Shown piece by piece: positions 27,534 through 37,012 of a stretch of DNA of 64,000 nucleotides; the first letter of the stretch is position 1, and each line of letters opens with the position of its first letter. Origin of the DNA: Deltaproteobacteria bacterium. Its GTDB lineage: Bacteria; Myxococcota_A; Polyangia; DRWM01; JAAZOP01. The stretch is from NCBI GenBank assembly GCA_016218765.1, contig JACRCZ010000144.1, positions 43,269-107,268 on the forward strand. Reading direction: 5' to 3'. The translations under genes and the position numbers were made by a program. The notes under the pieces were generated by a model that ran no database searches, was not told where the DNA came from, and was given only the letters and a program-made list of their open reading frames with translations.

Positions 27534-28706
27534 ATGCCCAACCCGTCGCCACCCTTCATCCCCTTCGCCGTCCCCGACCTCACCGAAGCCGAAGCCACCG
27601 CCGTCGCCGACGTCGTCCGCGACGGCTGGATCAATACCGGCCCCCGCGCCAAGGCCTTCGAAGCCGAGTTCGCCGCCGCCGTCGGAGCGAAACACGGCGT
27701 CGCCGTCAACTCCTGCACCGCCGCCCTGCACCTCGCCTACGAAGCACTCGGCCTGCACCCCGGAGACGAAATCCTCGTCCCGACCATGACCTTCACCTCC
27801 ACCGCCGCCACCGCCTGGCACCTCGGCGCCAAACCCGTCCTCGTCGACATCCGCGAAAACGACGAGACCATCGACGTCGAAAAGGCCGAACGTGCCGTCA
27901 CCCCGCGCACGAAAGCAATCGCTCCCGTGCACTACGGCGGCCAGGCCTGCGAGCTGGACGCCCTCCTGGACCTCGCCCGGCGCAAGAACCTGCGCGTCGT
28001 GGAAGACGCCGCCCACGCCTTCCCCGCCTCCTACAAAGGCCGGCCCATCGGCACCTTCGGCGACGTCACCTGCTTCAGCTTCTACTCCACCAAGACCATC
28101 ACCACCGCCGAAGGCGGCATGGCCTGCACCCAGGACGACGACCTCGCCGCCCGCATGCGCATCATGTCCCTCCACGGCATCTCCAAGGACGCCTGGAAAC
28201 GCTATACCTCCGAAGGATCGTGGTACTACGAAGTCCTCGCCCCGGGATTCAAATACAACCTCACCGACCTCGCCGCTGCCATCGGACGCGTCCAGCTCGC
28301 CCGGGCCCAGGAAATGCTGCGGAAACGCGAGGCCATCGCCAAGCGCTACCTCGAGGCCTTCGACGACAACGACGCGCTGATCGTCCCCACCGTCCTCCCC
28401 GATCGCACCCACGCCTGGCACCTCTTCTCCCTCCGCCTCCGGCTCGAGGCCCTCTCCCTCTCGCGCGACACGTTCCTGGACGAACTCAAGGCACGCGGCA
28501 TCGGAACGAGCGTCCACTACATCCCCCTCCACCTCCAACCCTGCTACCGCGAGACGTTCGGCTACCGCCCCGGCGACTTCCCCGTCGCCGAAGACGCCTA
28601 CCGCCGTTCCGTCTCCCTGCCCATCTACTCGAAGATGTCCGACGCCGACGTCGACCGCGTCATCAACGCCATCCTCGACGTGGTTCACCGCGGCGCAGCT
28701 GCCTAG
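27534..28706 (+). CDS. DegT/DnrJ/EryC1/StrS-family PLP sugar aminotransferase (ArnB-like)
   Basis: FYSTKTITTAEGG (PLP-Lys region), HGISKDAW, YNLTDLAAAIG. Length 390 aa. Confidence 0.88.
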   Translation: MPNPSPPFIPFAVPDLTEAEATAVADVVRDGWINTGPRAKAFEAEFAAAVGAKHGVAVNSCTAALHLAYEALGLHPGDEILVPTMTFTSTAATAWHLGAKPVLVDIRENDETIDVEKAERAVTPRTKAIAPVHYGGQACELDALLDLARRKNLRVVEDAAHAFPASYKGRPIGTFGDVTCFSFYSTKTITTAEGGMACTQDDDLAARMRIMSLHGISKDAWKRYTSEGSWYYEVLAPGFKYNLTDLAAAIGRVQLARAQEMLRKREAIAKRYLEAFDDNDALIVPTVLPDRTHAWHLFSLRLRLEALSLSRDTFLDELKARGIGTSVHYIPLHLQPCYRETFGYRPGDFPVAEDAYRRSVSLPIYSKMSDADVDRVINAILDVVHRGAAA

Positions 28707-28795
28707 GGCGTCGACCGTCGGTCCAGGCGCTGCCTGGCGCACCAGACCGTCTCACATCTTGCATTGCGTCCTCCAGGTTTCCCGTTGTGCCGCGC

Positions 28796-28851
28796 CCGCC
28801 CGTTTCCGGTTTCTCATCGCATGTTTCAGCATTTACATTTCCCCCCTCCCC
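28796..28851 (+). repeat. Dispersed T-rich ~55-bp element, copy 2 (reference orientation)
   Basis: ccgcccgtttccggtttctcatcgcatgtttcagcatttacatttcccccctcccc. It lies between convergent gene ends and overlaps the last codons of the methyltransferase ORF. Confidence 0.75.
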
Positions 28852-30071
28852 ACCGCGATCAAATGCTCCCGCCGGTCTCTCCCCCGGAACGCCCGCCGCG
28901 TCTCCTCGTCGAAAATCGGCCGGCGCTGGGCCGCCGAAGCCTCGACCCGCAGCCCGGCCGCCACCGCCCAACGCCCCAGACACTCGTCGAAACGCACCGG
29001 CCCCAGCGGCGTGGCGCCGTCGCCGCCCAGCACGCACGCCAGCCCCGAAGGCCGCAGGACACGCGCGACCGCCGCCACCCAGGCCGCTCCGTCGTGCTCC
29101 CAACGCTCGAGACCCCGGCGCGCGTCCCGGAAACCTCGCCGCGCTCCGACCTCGTTCGCCCGCAACGCCCCCGCGTCCTCGCCGAGCCACGCGGCCCGCA
29201 ACGCGTGCTGCTCCGCATAGTCGTAGACGTTGGCGTACGGAGGCGACGTGACCACCAGGTCGATCGAAGCGTCCGGAACCGTGCGGAGCCGCCGCGCGTC
29301 GTCGATGCCGAGGTCGGCAGGGTAGAGCGGAGAAGGAAGCGCCTCGCGCAACGCCTTCCACCGGCGGCACAGCTCGTCGACCTTGTGCCCGAAGATCGCC
29401 GTCGCCGCCCCGGGCGGACGGCACTTCGGCTGGTACCGCGAGTCGGTGTCGCTCGCGCGACAGGATACCTTGACCAGGATCGACGACAACACCAGCGCCA
29501 GCGCCTCGCGAACGAACGGATCACGATCGGCCGCGATCGCCGCACGCAGCCACGCCAGCTCCGCGAACGTCCGCGCGTCGAACTGGTCCGCACCCGGAGG
29601 CAGCGGCGCCGGAGGAAGGTGCCCCTGACGCACCCGACCCGCCGCAATCCCCGCGATGCGCCACGCCCGCTCCCGTACCGCTCGCCGTCGTGCCTCGGGC
29701 ACCACCGCCGCACGCATCCGCGCCAGCCGGATCGCCACCGGGTTGAGATCCCGCCCCACCGCCCGCGCCCCGTGCACGAGCGCCTCGACGACCACCGTCC
29801 CCGAGCCGCAGAACGGATCGAGCACCGCCGCGCCCGCTCGCGACAGCGCCCGCACCAGCCGCCCCGCCGTGTCGGGGTGCATCCGGGCGGCATACGTGTG
29901 GAAACCGTGCGTCCAGCGCTCGAGCCCCGCCCCGGGCTCCACGTCGAGCGCCCGCGCCAGCGTCGCGGCCAACGACGCCTCGCCGGACAGCACCGGCGCC
30001 CCGCCCACGTTCGTCAGCGAAAGACGCCGCTTGGGGAGGTGACGGCTCGGCATGGGGAGACAGCGTAGCAT
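28833..30071 (-). CDS. SAM-dependent N4/N6-type methyltransferase (putative orphan DNA methyltransferase)
   Basis: Motif I VLDPFCGSGTVVVEA is followed ~190 aa later by motif IV DLVVTSPPYANVYDY. ATG 30071 overlaps the upstream stop (TGATG); ATG 30053 is an alternative start. Confidence 0.65.
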   Translation of the reverse strand: MLRCLPMPSRHLPKRRLSLTNVGGAPVLSGEASLAATLARALDVEPGAGLERWTHGFHTYAARMHPDTAGRLVRALSRAGAAVLDPFCGSGTVVVEALVHGARAVGRDLNPVAIRLARMRAAVVPEARRRAVRERAWRIAGIAAGRVRQGHLPPAPLPPGADQFDARTFAELAWLRAAIAADRDPFVREALALVLSSILVKVSCRASDTDSRYQPKCRPPGAATAIFGHKVDELCRRWKALREALPSPLYPADLGIDDARRLRTVPDASIDLVVTSPPYANVYDYAEQHALRAAWLGEDAGALRANEVGARRGFRDARRGLERWEHDGAAWVAAVARVLRPSGLACVLGGDGATPLGPVRFDECLGRWAVAAGLRVEASAAQRRPIFDEETRRAFRGRDRREHLIAVGRGEM

Positions 30072-31390
30072 CAGACGATGCGGAGCAGCAGCGCCTTGAG
30101 GTAGTTGCCTTCCGGGAAGGAAGAAACGACGGGGTGATCGGGAGCCGCACCCCGTGATTCCACGACCTCGACCCGCCGGCCGGCGTCGGACGCGGCCGCC
30201 AGCACCGTCTTCCGGAAAACCGCCTCGTCGACATGGCTCGAACACGAACAGCTCAGCACCAACGCCCGAGGCGCCGCCAGACGGAAAACCGCCGCGTTCA
30301 GACGCCGGTAGGCCCCGACCGCCGCCCGCACCGAAGACCGGTTCGGCGCCAGACTGGGCGGGTCCAGCACGATCAGGTCCCACGTCCGCCGCCGCGATTC
30401 CGAAGACTCCAACCACGCGAAAACGTCCGCCGGAACCAGCTCGCGCTCGTCCGCGGACAGACCGTTGAGCCCCAGATTGCGACGCGCCGCCGCCAGCGCC
30501 GGCTTCGAGATATCGATCGACAGCGACGGCCCGGCACCCCCGGCCGCGGCGGCAACCGTGAACCCGCCCACGTAGCAGAAAAGGTCGAGCGTCCGGCGCC
30601 CGCCCGCCAACGAACGCACCAGCGCCCGGTTGTCCCGCTGGTCGAGATACATACCCGTCTTGTGCCCGCGCCCCAGGTCCACCTCGAACGTCAACCCGTT
30701 CTCGCGGACCACCACCAGACCCGGAGCCTCGTCCGCCGCCGTCCCGCGGGACGCCGGGCCCCGCGAACGGCGGGTGCGCGAAAAGGGGCGGTCGAGAACG
30801 CGGCCGATCCCGGGAACCGCGCCCGCCGCGCGAACCACCCACGGCCGCAGCGACGCCGCCGCGTCGCCGTCGAAACGCAACACCGCAACCCCCCCGTAGC
30901 GATCGCAAACGACCCCGGGAAGGAAATCCGCCTCGCCGTGCACCAGACGACAGGCGTCGGTCACCCCATCCGCCAGAATTCCGGCGCGGCGCTCTGCCGC
31001 CGCGAGGAAACGCCCCCGCACCAGCGCCTCGCCCAGAACCTCGCCCGGCTCGCGCGTGAAGACCCGGACCGCAATCGGCGACCCGGGATCCCACAGGCCC
31101 CGCGCCAGGAACCTTCCCGAAAAGTCCACCACCTCCACGACCGCACCCGCCGGAAGCGGCTCGGGCGGCGGCACCAACGCCTCGGCGTAGATCCAGGGAT
31201 GCCCCGAGCGGATCATCCGCACCACGTCGCGACGGAGACGAAGGGAAGGACCGGTAGGGGCGCCACGCTGGGCCGCGAGCCCCGCGAGCGGCCCGAGTGC
31301 GCCCGCGGGAGCACTCGGCCCTCGCCCCTCGGGCTCGGGCCTGCGTGACTCCCCTACCGAAGCCGGGCGGCGACTCCGGGCCGGCGGCAT
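30071..31390 (-). CDS. Class I SAM-dependent rRNA m5C methyltransferase, RlmI-like (PUA + MTase)
   Basis: ..RSGHPWIYAEAL.. N-terminal PUA-type motif. GHKTGMYLDQRDNR, LDLFCYVGGF, LDPPS motifs. The start overlaps the dnaB stop (TGATG). Confidence 0.8.
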   Translation of the reverse strand: MPPARSRRPASVGESRRPEPEGRGPSAPAGALGPLAGLAAQRGAPTGPSLRLRRDVVRMIRSGHPWIYAEALVPPPEPLPAGAVVEVVDFSGRFLARGLWDPGSPIAVRVFTREPGEVLGEALVRGRFLAAAERRAGILADGVTDACRLVHGEADFLPGVVCDRYGGVAVLRFDGDAAASLRPWVVRAAGAVPGIGRVLDRPFSRTRRSRGPASRGTAADEAPGLVVVRENGLTFEVDLGRGHKTGMYLDQRDNRALVRSLAGGRRTLDLFCYVGGFTVAAAAGGAGPSLSIDISKPALAAARRNLGLNGLSADERELVPADVFAWLESSESRRRTWDLIVLDPPSLAPNRSSVRAAVGAYRRLNAAVFRLAAPRALVLSCSCSSHVDEAVFRKTVLAAASDAGRRVEVVESRGAAPDHPVVSSFPEGNYLKALLLRIV

Positions 31391-32817
31391 CAGAACGCCC
31401 CGTCGTCCGGCGGCGCGAACCCCGCCGTCTCCCCGACCTCCCCGGCCGCGTCCGTCGCGGAGGAGAAACGCGTGTACTCGCCCGAGAAGACCAGCGGGAC
31501 CGTGCCCGTCGGACCGGCACGGTGCTTCGCGATGACCAGCTCGACCTGCCGGTGCGTCCGGTCCACCTGCGTCGGGTTCGGGTCGTGCAGGAACATCACG
31601 ATGTCCGCGTCCTGCTCGATCGCACCCGACTCGCGCAGGTCCGCCAGCACGGGACGCTTGTCCTGCCGCTTCTCCACGTCGCGCGAAAGCTGCGACAACG
31701 CCAGCACCGGAATCTCCAGCTCCTTCGCCAGCGCCTTCAGGTTGCGGGAAATCTCCGCGATCTCACGCTCGCGGCTGTCGTAGCTCCGCACCGGACGCAT
31801 GAGCTGCAGATAGTCGATCGCCACCGCCCCGATGCCGTGCTGCAGCTTCAGCCGCCGCACCTTGCCCCGAAGCTGCGCCACCGTCAGCATCGGCGAATCA
31901 TCCAGGTACATCTCGAACTTGTTCACACGGTCCGCCGCCATGAACAGCCGCGTCCAGTCGTCCTGCGAAAGACCATGCGCCGTCCGCAGCTTCCCGGCAG
32001 GGATGCCGGCCTCCGAGGCCAAAATGCGGCGCACCACCTGGGGATTGCTCATCTCGAGCGAGAACAGCGCCACCGGCGTCTTGCCGGCGCCCGCCGCGTT
32101 CGTCAGGAGGTTGAGCACGAAGGACGTCTTCCCCACCGACGGCCGCCCCGCGATGATCACCAGGTCGGAAGGCTGCAGCCCCGCCGTGATCGAATCGAGC
32201 CGCGCGAACCCCGTCGTCACCCCCGTGACCTCCTTCGACGACTGGCTCAGCGCGTCCAGCTCGGTGAACACCTGCTTCACCGTGCGACGGATGTGCGCCG
32301 TCTCCGTCCGGTGCCGCTGCCGCGAAATCTCGAAGATCGTCTGCTCCGAGCCGTCGAGGAACGAATCGAGGTCCCCGTAGTCCTCGAAGGCGCTCGTCAC
32401 CACCTGGCTGCAGGCCAGGATCAGCCGGCGGACGATCGCCTTCTCCCGGATCAGCGAGGCGTGCTCCTCCACGTGCGCCGATACGGGCACCACGTCGATG
32501 AGCTGGTCCAGATACGCGGCGCCGCCGATGCGCTCGAACTGCCCGCGCTGCTTCAACGTCTCCGCCAGCGTCACCGCGTCGATCGTCACCCCGCGCCCCG
32601 ACAGATCCACCATCGCCTCGAAGATCGCCCGGTGCGCCTCGATGTAGAAGTCCTCCGTCGTGCACAGGTCCTGCACCAGCGGCAACGCCTTGTCGTCGAC
32701 CAGAATCGCACCGAGCAGCGCCTTCTCCGCGTCCTCGGCGTGCGGCGGGACCCGCCCCAGCACCTCTCGGGCGTCAACCTTGCGGGGACTGCGTTCGCGT
32801 TCGGACGTGCGCGCCAT
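31390..32817 (-). CDS. dnaB: Replicative DNA helicase DnaB
   Basis: PPHAEDAEKALLGAIL N-terminus, Walker A AGRPSVGKTSF, IDYLQLM, LSQLSR motifs. 475 aa with no intein. Confidence 0.95.
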   Translation of the reverse strand: MARTSERERSPRKVDAREVLGRVPPHAEDAEKALLGAILVDDKALPLVQDLCTTEDFYIEAHRAIFEAMVDLSGRGVTIDAVTLAETLKQRGQFERIGGAAYLDQLIDVVPVSAHVEEHASLIREKAIVRRLILACSQVVTSAFEDYGDLDSFLDGSEQTIFEISRQRHRTETAHIRRTVKQVFTELDALSQSSKEVTGVTTGFARLDSITAGLQPSDLVIIAGRPSVGKTSFVLNLLTNAAGAGKTPVALFSLEMSNPQVVRRILASEAGIPAGKLRTAHGLSQDDWTRLFMAADRVNKFEMYLDDSPMLTVAQLRGKVRRLKLQHGIGAVAIDYLQLMRPVRSYDSREREIAEISRNLKALAKELEIPVLALSQLSRDVEKRQDKRPVLADLRESGAIEQDADIVMFLHDPNPTQVDRTHRQVELVIAKHRAGPTGTVPLVFSGEYTRFSSATDAAGEVGETAGFAPPDDGAF

Positions 32818-32853
32818 GGGCGGAGAATCGCCGCGCGACGAAGAGGGGTCAAC

Positions 32854-33297
32854 CTATTTCGCGACGACCCAGACCTTGATGTTCGCCTCGGTCCCGCCGT
32901 GCAGCGCGATCTTCACCGGAAACACCCCGAGCGCACGGATCGGCTCCACGATGCGAATGTGCTTGCGCTCGACCTTGTGCCCCTCCTCGGCCAACGCCAG
33001 CTCGATGTCGTGCGGCGTGACCGACCCGAAAAGACGCTCGCCCTCGCCGACCCGCTTGGCGACGGTGACCGAAACGCCCTCGAGCTTGTCGCGCAGCGTC
33101 CCGGCCTCCTTCAGCAGCTTGTCCCGACGCGAAAGCGCCGACCGCCGCTCGTGCTCGATCTGCTTCATGTTCCCCTCGGTGGCCTGCGCCGCAAGCCGCC
33201 GGGGAAGCAGGTAGTTCCGGGCGTAACCGTCGGTCACCTTGACGATGTCGCCGGTCTTGCCGAGATTGGCCAGATCCTCACGCAGGATGACGCGCAT
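32854..33297 (-). CDS. rplI: 50S ribosomal protein L9
   Basis: MRVILREDLANLGKTGDIVKVTDGYARNYLLP. ATG 33297 lies inside the longer 32854..33390 ORF. Confidence 0.93.
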   Translation of the reverse strand: MRVILREDLANLGKTGDIVKVTDGYARNYLLPRRLAAQATEGNMKQIEHERRSALSRRDKLLKEAGTLRDKLEGVSVTVAKRVGEGERLFGSVTPHDIELALAEEGHKVERKHIRIVEPIRALGVFPVKIALHGGTEANIKVWVVAK

Positions 33298-33302
33298 GCG
33301 GC

Positions 33303-33653
33303 CTACCTCCCGGAGACGGTGAAGGGCATCAGCGCGACGTTGCGGGCGCGCTTCAAGGCCTGGGAAACACGACGCTGGTGCTTGGCACACGTGCCCGAAA
33401 TCCGCCGCGGCACGATGCGCCCGCGATCCGTGATGAAATAACGCAGGCTGTACGGATCCTTGTAGTCGATGCGCAGGCCCTTGTCCGCGCAGAAACGACA
33501 GACGCGCTTGCGCCGCCCGCCGCCGCCACGACGCCGCCCACGGTCGCCCCCACGCTCCCCGCGCTCCCCACGCTCGCCACGATCACCCCGGTCGCCGCGG
33601 TCGCCGCGGTCGCCCCCGCCGAAGCGGGATCCGCCGGAATCGCGCTCCATCAT
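33303..33653 (-). CDS. rpsR: 30S ribosomal protein S18 with Arg/Gly/Asp-rich N-terminal extension
   Basis: [43 protein letters not shown] core, preceded by (GDR)4(GER)3 repeats. Confidence 0.9.
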   Translation of the reverse strand: MMERDSGGSRFGGGDRGDRGDRGDRGERGERGERGGDRGRRRGGGGRRKRVCRFCADKGLRIDYKDPYSLRYFITDRGRIVPRRISGTCAKHQRRVSQALKRARNVALMPFTVSGR

Positions 33654-34246
33654 GGCTTCTCTCCTTCCTGCTGCACCGCAGGCGCCGCCTCAGACCCGCC
33701 GGCAGCCTCGACCGGCTTCTCCGTCCCCTCCGCCGCAGGCGCCACTGCCCCCGCTGCCTCGACCGGCGCAGCCGCGGTCGCCACAGCCTCGACCGGCGCC
33801 GCCGTCTCCGGACCCGCCGCGAGAGCCGCGTCGGCCGCCGTGTCCACGATCGGCTCCGCAGCCTCCTTCGCCAGAAGGTCCAGGTGGAACACGACGTCCG
33901 CCGGCTGCACCTGGTACGTCGCCGCATCCACGTCGTCCTTCACCACGATCGTCTGGAACCGCATCACCGCGTCGAGCATCCGGTAGTTGCGCTCCAGCTC
34001 CGCCACCAGCCCGCCCCCGCCAAGGAAGCGGACGACATAGTAGAACCCCCAGTCGCTCCGGCGAACCCGATAGGACAACTTGCGCTTGCCCCAGTAGTCG
34101 ACCCGGATCAACGTGCCGTCGAAACGCACCAGCACGTCCTGCAACCGCTGCACGACCTTCTCGGCCATGTCGTGCGCGACGCGGGGGTCGAGGATGAAAA
34201 TCGTCTCGTACTCGCGTTGATGACGCTTCTGGAACTCGGTCAGCAT
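33650..34246 (-). CDS. rpsF: 30S ribosomal protein S6 with Ala/Glu/Pro-rich C-terminal tail
   Basis: [20 protein letters not shown] core. ATGA overlap with rpsR, and no ssb/priB between them. Confidence 0.9.
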   Translation of the reverse strand: MLTEFQKRHQREYETIFILDPRVAHDMAEKVVQRLQDVLVRFDGTLIRVDYWGKRKLSYRVRRSDWGFYYVVRFLGGGGLVAELERNYRMLDAVMRFQTIVVKDDVDAATYQVQPADVVFHLDLLAKEAAEPIVDTAADAALAAGPETAAPVEAVATAAAPVEAAGAVAPAAEGTEKPVEAAGGSEAAPAVQQEGEKP

Positions 34247-34437
34247 GCCCGACGAATACCTCCTCCCGGTTGTGCCCGCACGCCGCCCCGAAGACCGCGC
34301 GCAGGAACAGCCCCGCCTCGTGGGACGGAGCGAGTGGTCGTGCAGACCGGCCCCCGCGACCTGCCGCGGACGGCCCCCGCACGACGGAGAGCGGCTTTAT
34401 GGCCCGCCCCGCCTCGAATGTCAAGCACTCCGCCGCG

Positions 34438-35010
34438 TCAGTTCGGCGCCGCGCCGCCCTTCACGATGGTCCGGGGATCAATGCCCAGATCGCGAAGCGA
34501 AAGCGACCACACCTCGGCCGGCGATGCGTGGAACACCAGCTCCGGAGTCGCGGGTCGCGGAATCCACGCCCCAGCCGCAATCTCCGCGTCGAGCTGCCCG
34601 GGAGCCCAGCCGGCATAGCCGACCAGCAACCGGAACAACGTCCCGCCCTCCCGCGTCAGCCGCCGCAACAGCTCCATGTCGGCCCCGAACCAGATGCCCG
34701 CCACGACCTCGCGACCCGCCACGTCCGATGGGACCGCCGGCGGCGCTCCCCCGTGCAGCACGAAACCCTGCGTCGGCTCCACCGGCCCGCCCACGAACAC
34801 CATCGCCTCCTTCGGCCCGCGGTACTCCAGATCCTGCAACGCGCAGAAGTCCGACATCGAATGGTCCGTCTGGCGGTTGATCACCAGACCCATCGAGCCC
34901 TCCGCGTCGTGCTCCAGCAGCAGCACCACCGAATGGTCGAAGTTCGGATCGCGCAGGTGCGGCACGCTGACGAGCAGCGAAGGCGCAAGCGACGGCACCA
35001 CGCGCTTCAC
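34438..35010 (-). CDS. yqgE: YqgE/AlgH-family (UPF0301) protein
   Basis: LLVSVPHLRDPNFDHSVVLLLEHDAEGSMGLVINR..VFVGGPV signature. Confidence 0.85.
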   Translation of the reverse strand: MKRVVPSLAPSLLVSVPHLRDPNFDHSVVLLLEHDAEGSMGLVINRQTDHSMSDFCALQDLEYRGPKEAMVFVGGPVEPTQGFVLHGGAPPAVPSDVAGREVVAGIWFGADMELLRRLTREGGTLFRLLVGYAGWAPGQLDAEIAAGAWIPRPATPELVFHASPAEVWSLSLRDLGIDPRTIVKGGAAPN

Positions 35011-35050
35011 ATCCCGAACCTACCCGCTGCAGGGTGCGAGGAGCAATGGG

Positions 35051-35686
35051 TTAGTGGTCGCCGGAAGGGTCGCCCGCCGGCGGCACAGGCTCCTCGGGCT
35101 TGCGGCGACGGTGAAACGCGTTCATCGCCGCCTGCGGACCGTCCCGCAACGCCGCCTCCACGAGGTCGGCCCCCACCCCAAGCGCCAGGTCCATCGCCTC
35201 GCGCTCCGCCGCGTCGAAACGCGACAGCACGTGGTCGACCGCGCCGGAACGCTCCGGCCGCCCGATGCCCAGTCGCAACCGGAGAAACCCGGCCCCCACC
35301 GCCGCCGCGATGGACTCGATCCCGCGGTGGCCCGCCGACCCGCCGCCGACCTTCAGCCGCAGCGCTCCCAGCGGAAGATCCATGTCGTCGTGGATCACCA
35401 GGACCCGCGCGGGCAGGATGCGGTAGAACGCCATCGCACCCTGGACCGCCCGGCCCGACAGGTTCATGTAGGTCATCGGCTTGAGCAGCAGCACCGGACC
35501 ATCGATGCGCGCCGGAGCCGCCTGCGAAAACCGGCCGTGGAAACGGTTGGCAAAACCGCGAGCGTCCCACCGCCGGGCCAGGAGGTCGACCAGGTCGAAT
35601 CCGGCGTTGTGCCGCGTGCCGCCGTACTCGTCCTCGGGATTCCCCAACCCCACCACGAGCCAGCCGGTAAAGGTGTCGGTCGCCAT
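35051..35686 (-). CDS. pth: Peptidyl-tRNA hydrolase
   Basis: LVVGLGNPEDEYGGTRHNAGF, MNLSGRAV, HDDMDLPLG, GHRGIES motifs. Confidence 0.93.
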   Translation of the reverse strand: MATDTFTGWLVVGLGNPEDEYGGTRHNAGFDLVDLLARRWDARGFANRFHGRFSQAAPARIDGPVLLLKPMTYMNLSGRAVQGAMAFYRILPARVLVIHDDMDLPLGALRLKVGGGSAGHRGIESIAAAVGAGFLRLRLGIGRPERSGAVDHVLSRFDAAEREAMDLALGVGADLVEAALRDGPQAAMNAFHRRRKPEEPVPPAGDPSGDH

Positions 35687-35716
35687 CGGCAGACCGGCGT
35701 CCGCGAAGCCGTCGCC

Positions 35717-36499
35717 CTACTTCTTCCCGGGCTTGCCCTTCGCCTCGCCACCCTTGCCCTTCGCCTCGGGTCCCTTGGCCCCGGCCGCCGCAGGAGCACC
35801 GGGAGCCGCAGGAGCGCCGGGAGCCGCGGGAGCACCAGGAGCCGCAGGAGCACCGGGAGCCGCAGGAGCACCGGGCACCGTAGGAGCACCCTCGACCGGC
35901 GCACCTTCCACGGCCGCCGCCTCCTCGGCCTTCGGCTCGGCCTCGGGCGCGATCACCGCGACGATCGCCTGCGCCGGATCCAGCCGGAGCTGCACGCCCT
36001 CGGGCAGCTTGAGCTGGCCCGCCTTGAACGAATGCCCGATCCCCAGCTCGCTGATGTCCACCTCGATCTTCACCGGAATCTTCGCCGGCAGACAGCGCAT
36101 CGGAATCTCGCGGAAGACCACGATCAGCCGCCCGCCGAACTCCTCGCCTTTGGACTTGCCCGTCGTCACCACGGGAATCCGGACGTCGACCGGCTTCTCG
36201 GGATCGACCGTGATGAAATCCACGTGCAACAGGTCCCGCAACACCGCATGCGCATGGTGGTCCTGCACCATCGCCAACACCGACTTCCCGTCCCCGGCGA
36301 ACTTCAGCTCGACCACCTGGTTCAATCCCAGCTCGTTGGCCATCATGCGGCGCAGCTTCTTGCCGTCGAACGCGATGGCCGTCGACGGCAGCGCAGGGCC
36401 GTACACCACGCCCGGCACCAGGCCGCGCGCACGCAGCCGCCGCGCAGGTCCCTTCCCACGCTCCGTCCGCAACTCGATCTCCAGCTTCTGGAATTCCAT
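35717..36499 (-). CDS. rplY: 50S ribosomal protein L25/Ctc with PGAPAA-repeat C-terminal tail
   Basis: RERGKGPARRLRA.G.VPGVVYG N-terminal L25 motif and Ctc-type beta-barrel region. The C-terminus has (APGAPA)n then a Lys/Gly tail. Confidence 0.9.
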   Translation of the reverse strand: MEFQKLEIELRTERGKGPARRLRARGLVPGVVYGPALPSTAIAFDGKKLRRMMANELGLNQVVELKFAGDGKSVLAMVQDHHAHAVLRDLLHVDFITVDPEKPVDVRIPVVTTGKSKGEEFGGRLIVVFREIPMRCLPAKIPVKIEVDISELGIGHSFKAGQLKLPEGVQLRLDPAQAIVAVIAPEAEPKAEEAAAVEGAPVEGAPTVPGAPAAPGAPAAPGAPAAPGAPAAPGAPAAAGAKGPEAKGKGGEAKGKPGKK

Positions 36500-36562
36500 G
36501 CGACGTACCTCCCGTCTGTCCCGCCGGGCCCTCCGCCACTACCGGGAAACGACAAGTCGCGC

Positions 36563-36591
36563 TATATAGAATGGTCCCCGGAAGATGTCCA
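36563..36591 (-). promoter_or_regulatory. Sigma-70-like promoter for rplY-pth (TGGACA-N17-TATATA)
   Basis: On the minus strand, TGGACA is at 36591-36586 and TATATA at 36568-36563, with exactly 17 nt of spacer. The -10 element is 64 nt upstream of the rplY ATG. It is an AT-rich island in a ~70% GC context. Confidence 0.45.
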
Positions 36592-36600
36592 GTGGTCACA

Positions 36601-36679
36601 CGTCCGATTGCCCGTCGCGGCACGCTGCATCCAAGGCAACTGGTACCCGGTGGCGATCGAGATGACGTGGATTCCGTAG
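36601..36679 (+). repeat. 79-bp direct repeat, copy A
   Basis: 74/79 identical to 44943-45021 in the same orientation. The perfect 49-nt core is 36612-36660. Confidence 0.95.
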
Positions 36680-37012
36680 GCGGTTCGGCGCAAACGGCGC
36701 AAGGAGGCAGAGAACACCAAGAGGGGAGGTCGTGCCGCCCGGCGAGAAAGTGCAGCACCGCGATGCGACCGCGCCAGCCTGACACGGCTCTTGCCGACTC
36801 CTTCGCCCGGAACCGCACGGATCCAGGGTGTCGGCTTCGGTGGCATGCGATGCGCATCGGTTCAACTCGCCGTGCCGGGTCTCGCGGTCCAGCGATCGGA
36901 AGAGCGGCCGCAATCGGCAGCCCGCGACGTGGGCGAGCGGCACCCGCAGCTTCCGCCGGATGTGCGATCACTCGCAAGCCCCGACGCCCGCCTCGCGGGC
37001 CGCCGCGGGGCG

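Noticed and set aside
28759-30068. Plus-strand ORFs 28759..29220 and 28764..30068 beginning in the T-rich element
   Set aside because: They are antisense to the methyltransferase gene, which has clear SAM-binding and SPPY motifs. Their translations are Arg/Pro-rich and motif-less.
36601-36679. The 79-bp repeat as a structured ncRNA/riboswitch, a tRNA fragment or a sigma-54 promoter
   Set aside because: The best stem (CACG-CUG-CAUC / GAUG-A-CGUG) is disrupted rather than compensated by the G-to-A difference in copy B. There is no T-loop or acceptor features. GGCACG..TGCA has the wrong -24/-12 spacing (7 instead of 12 nt between GG and GC).
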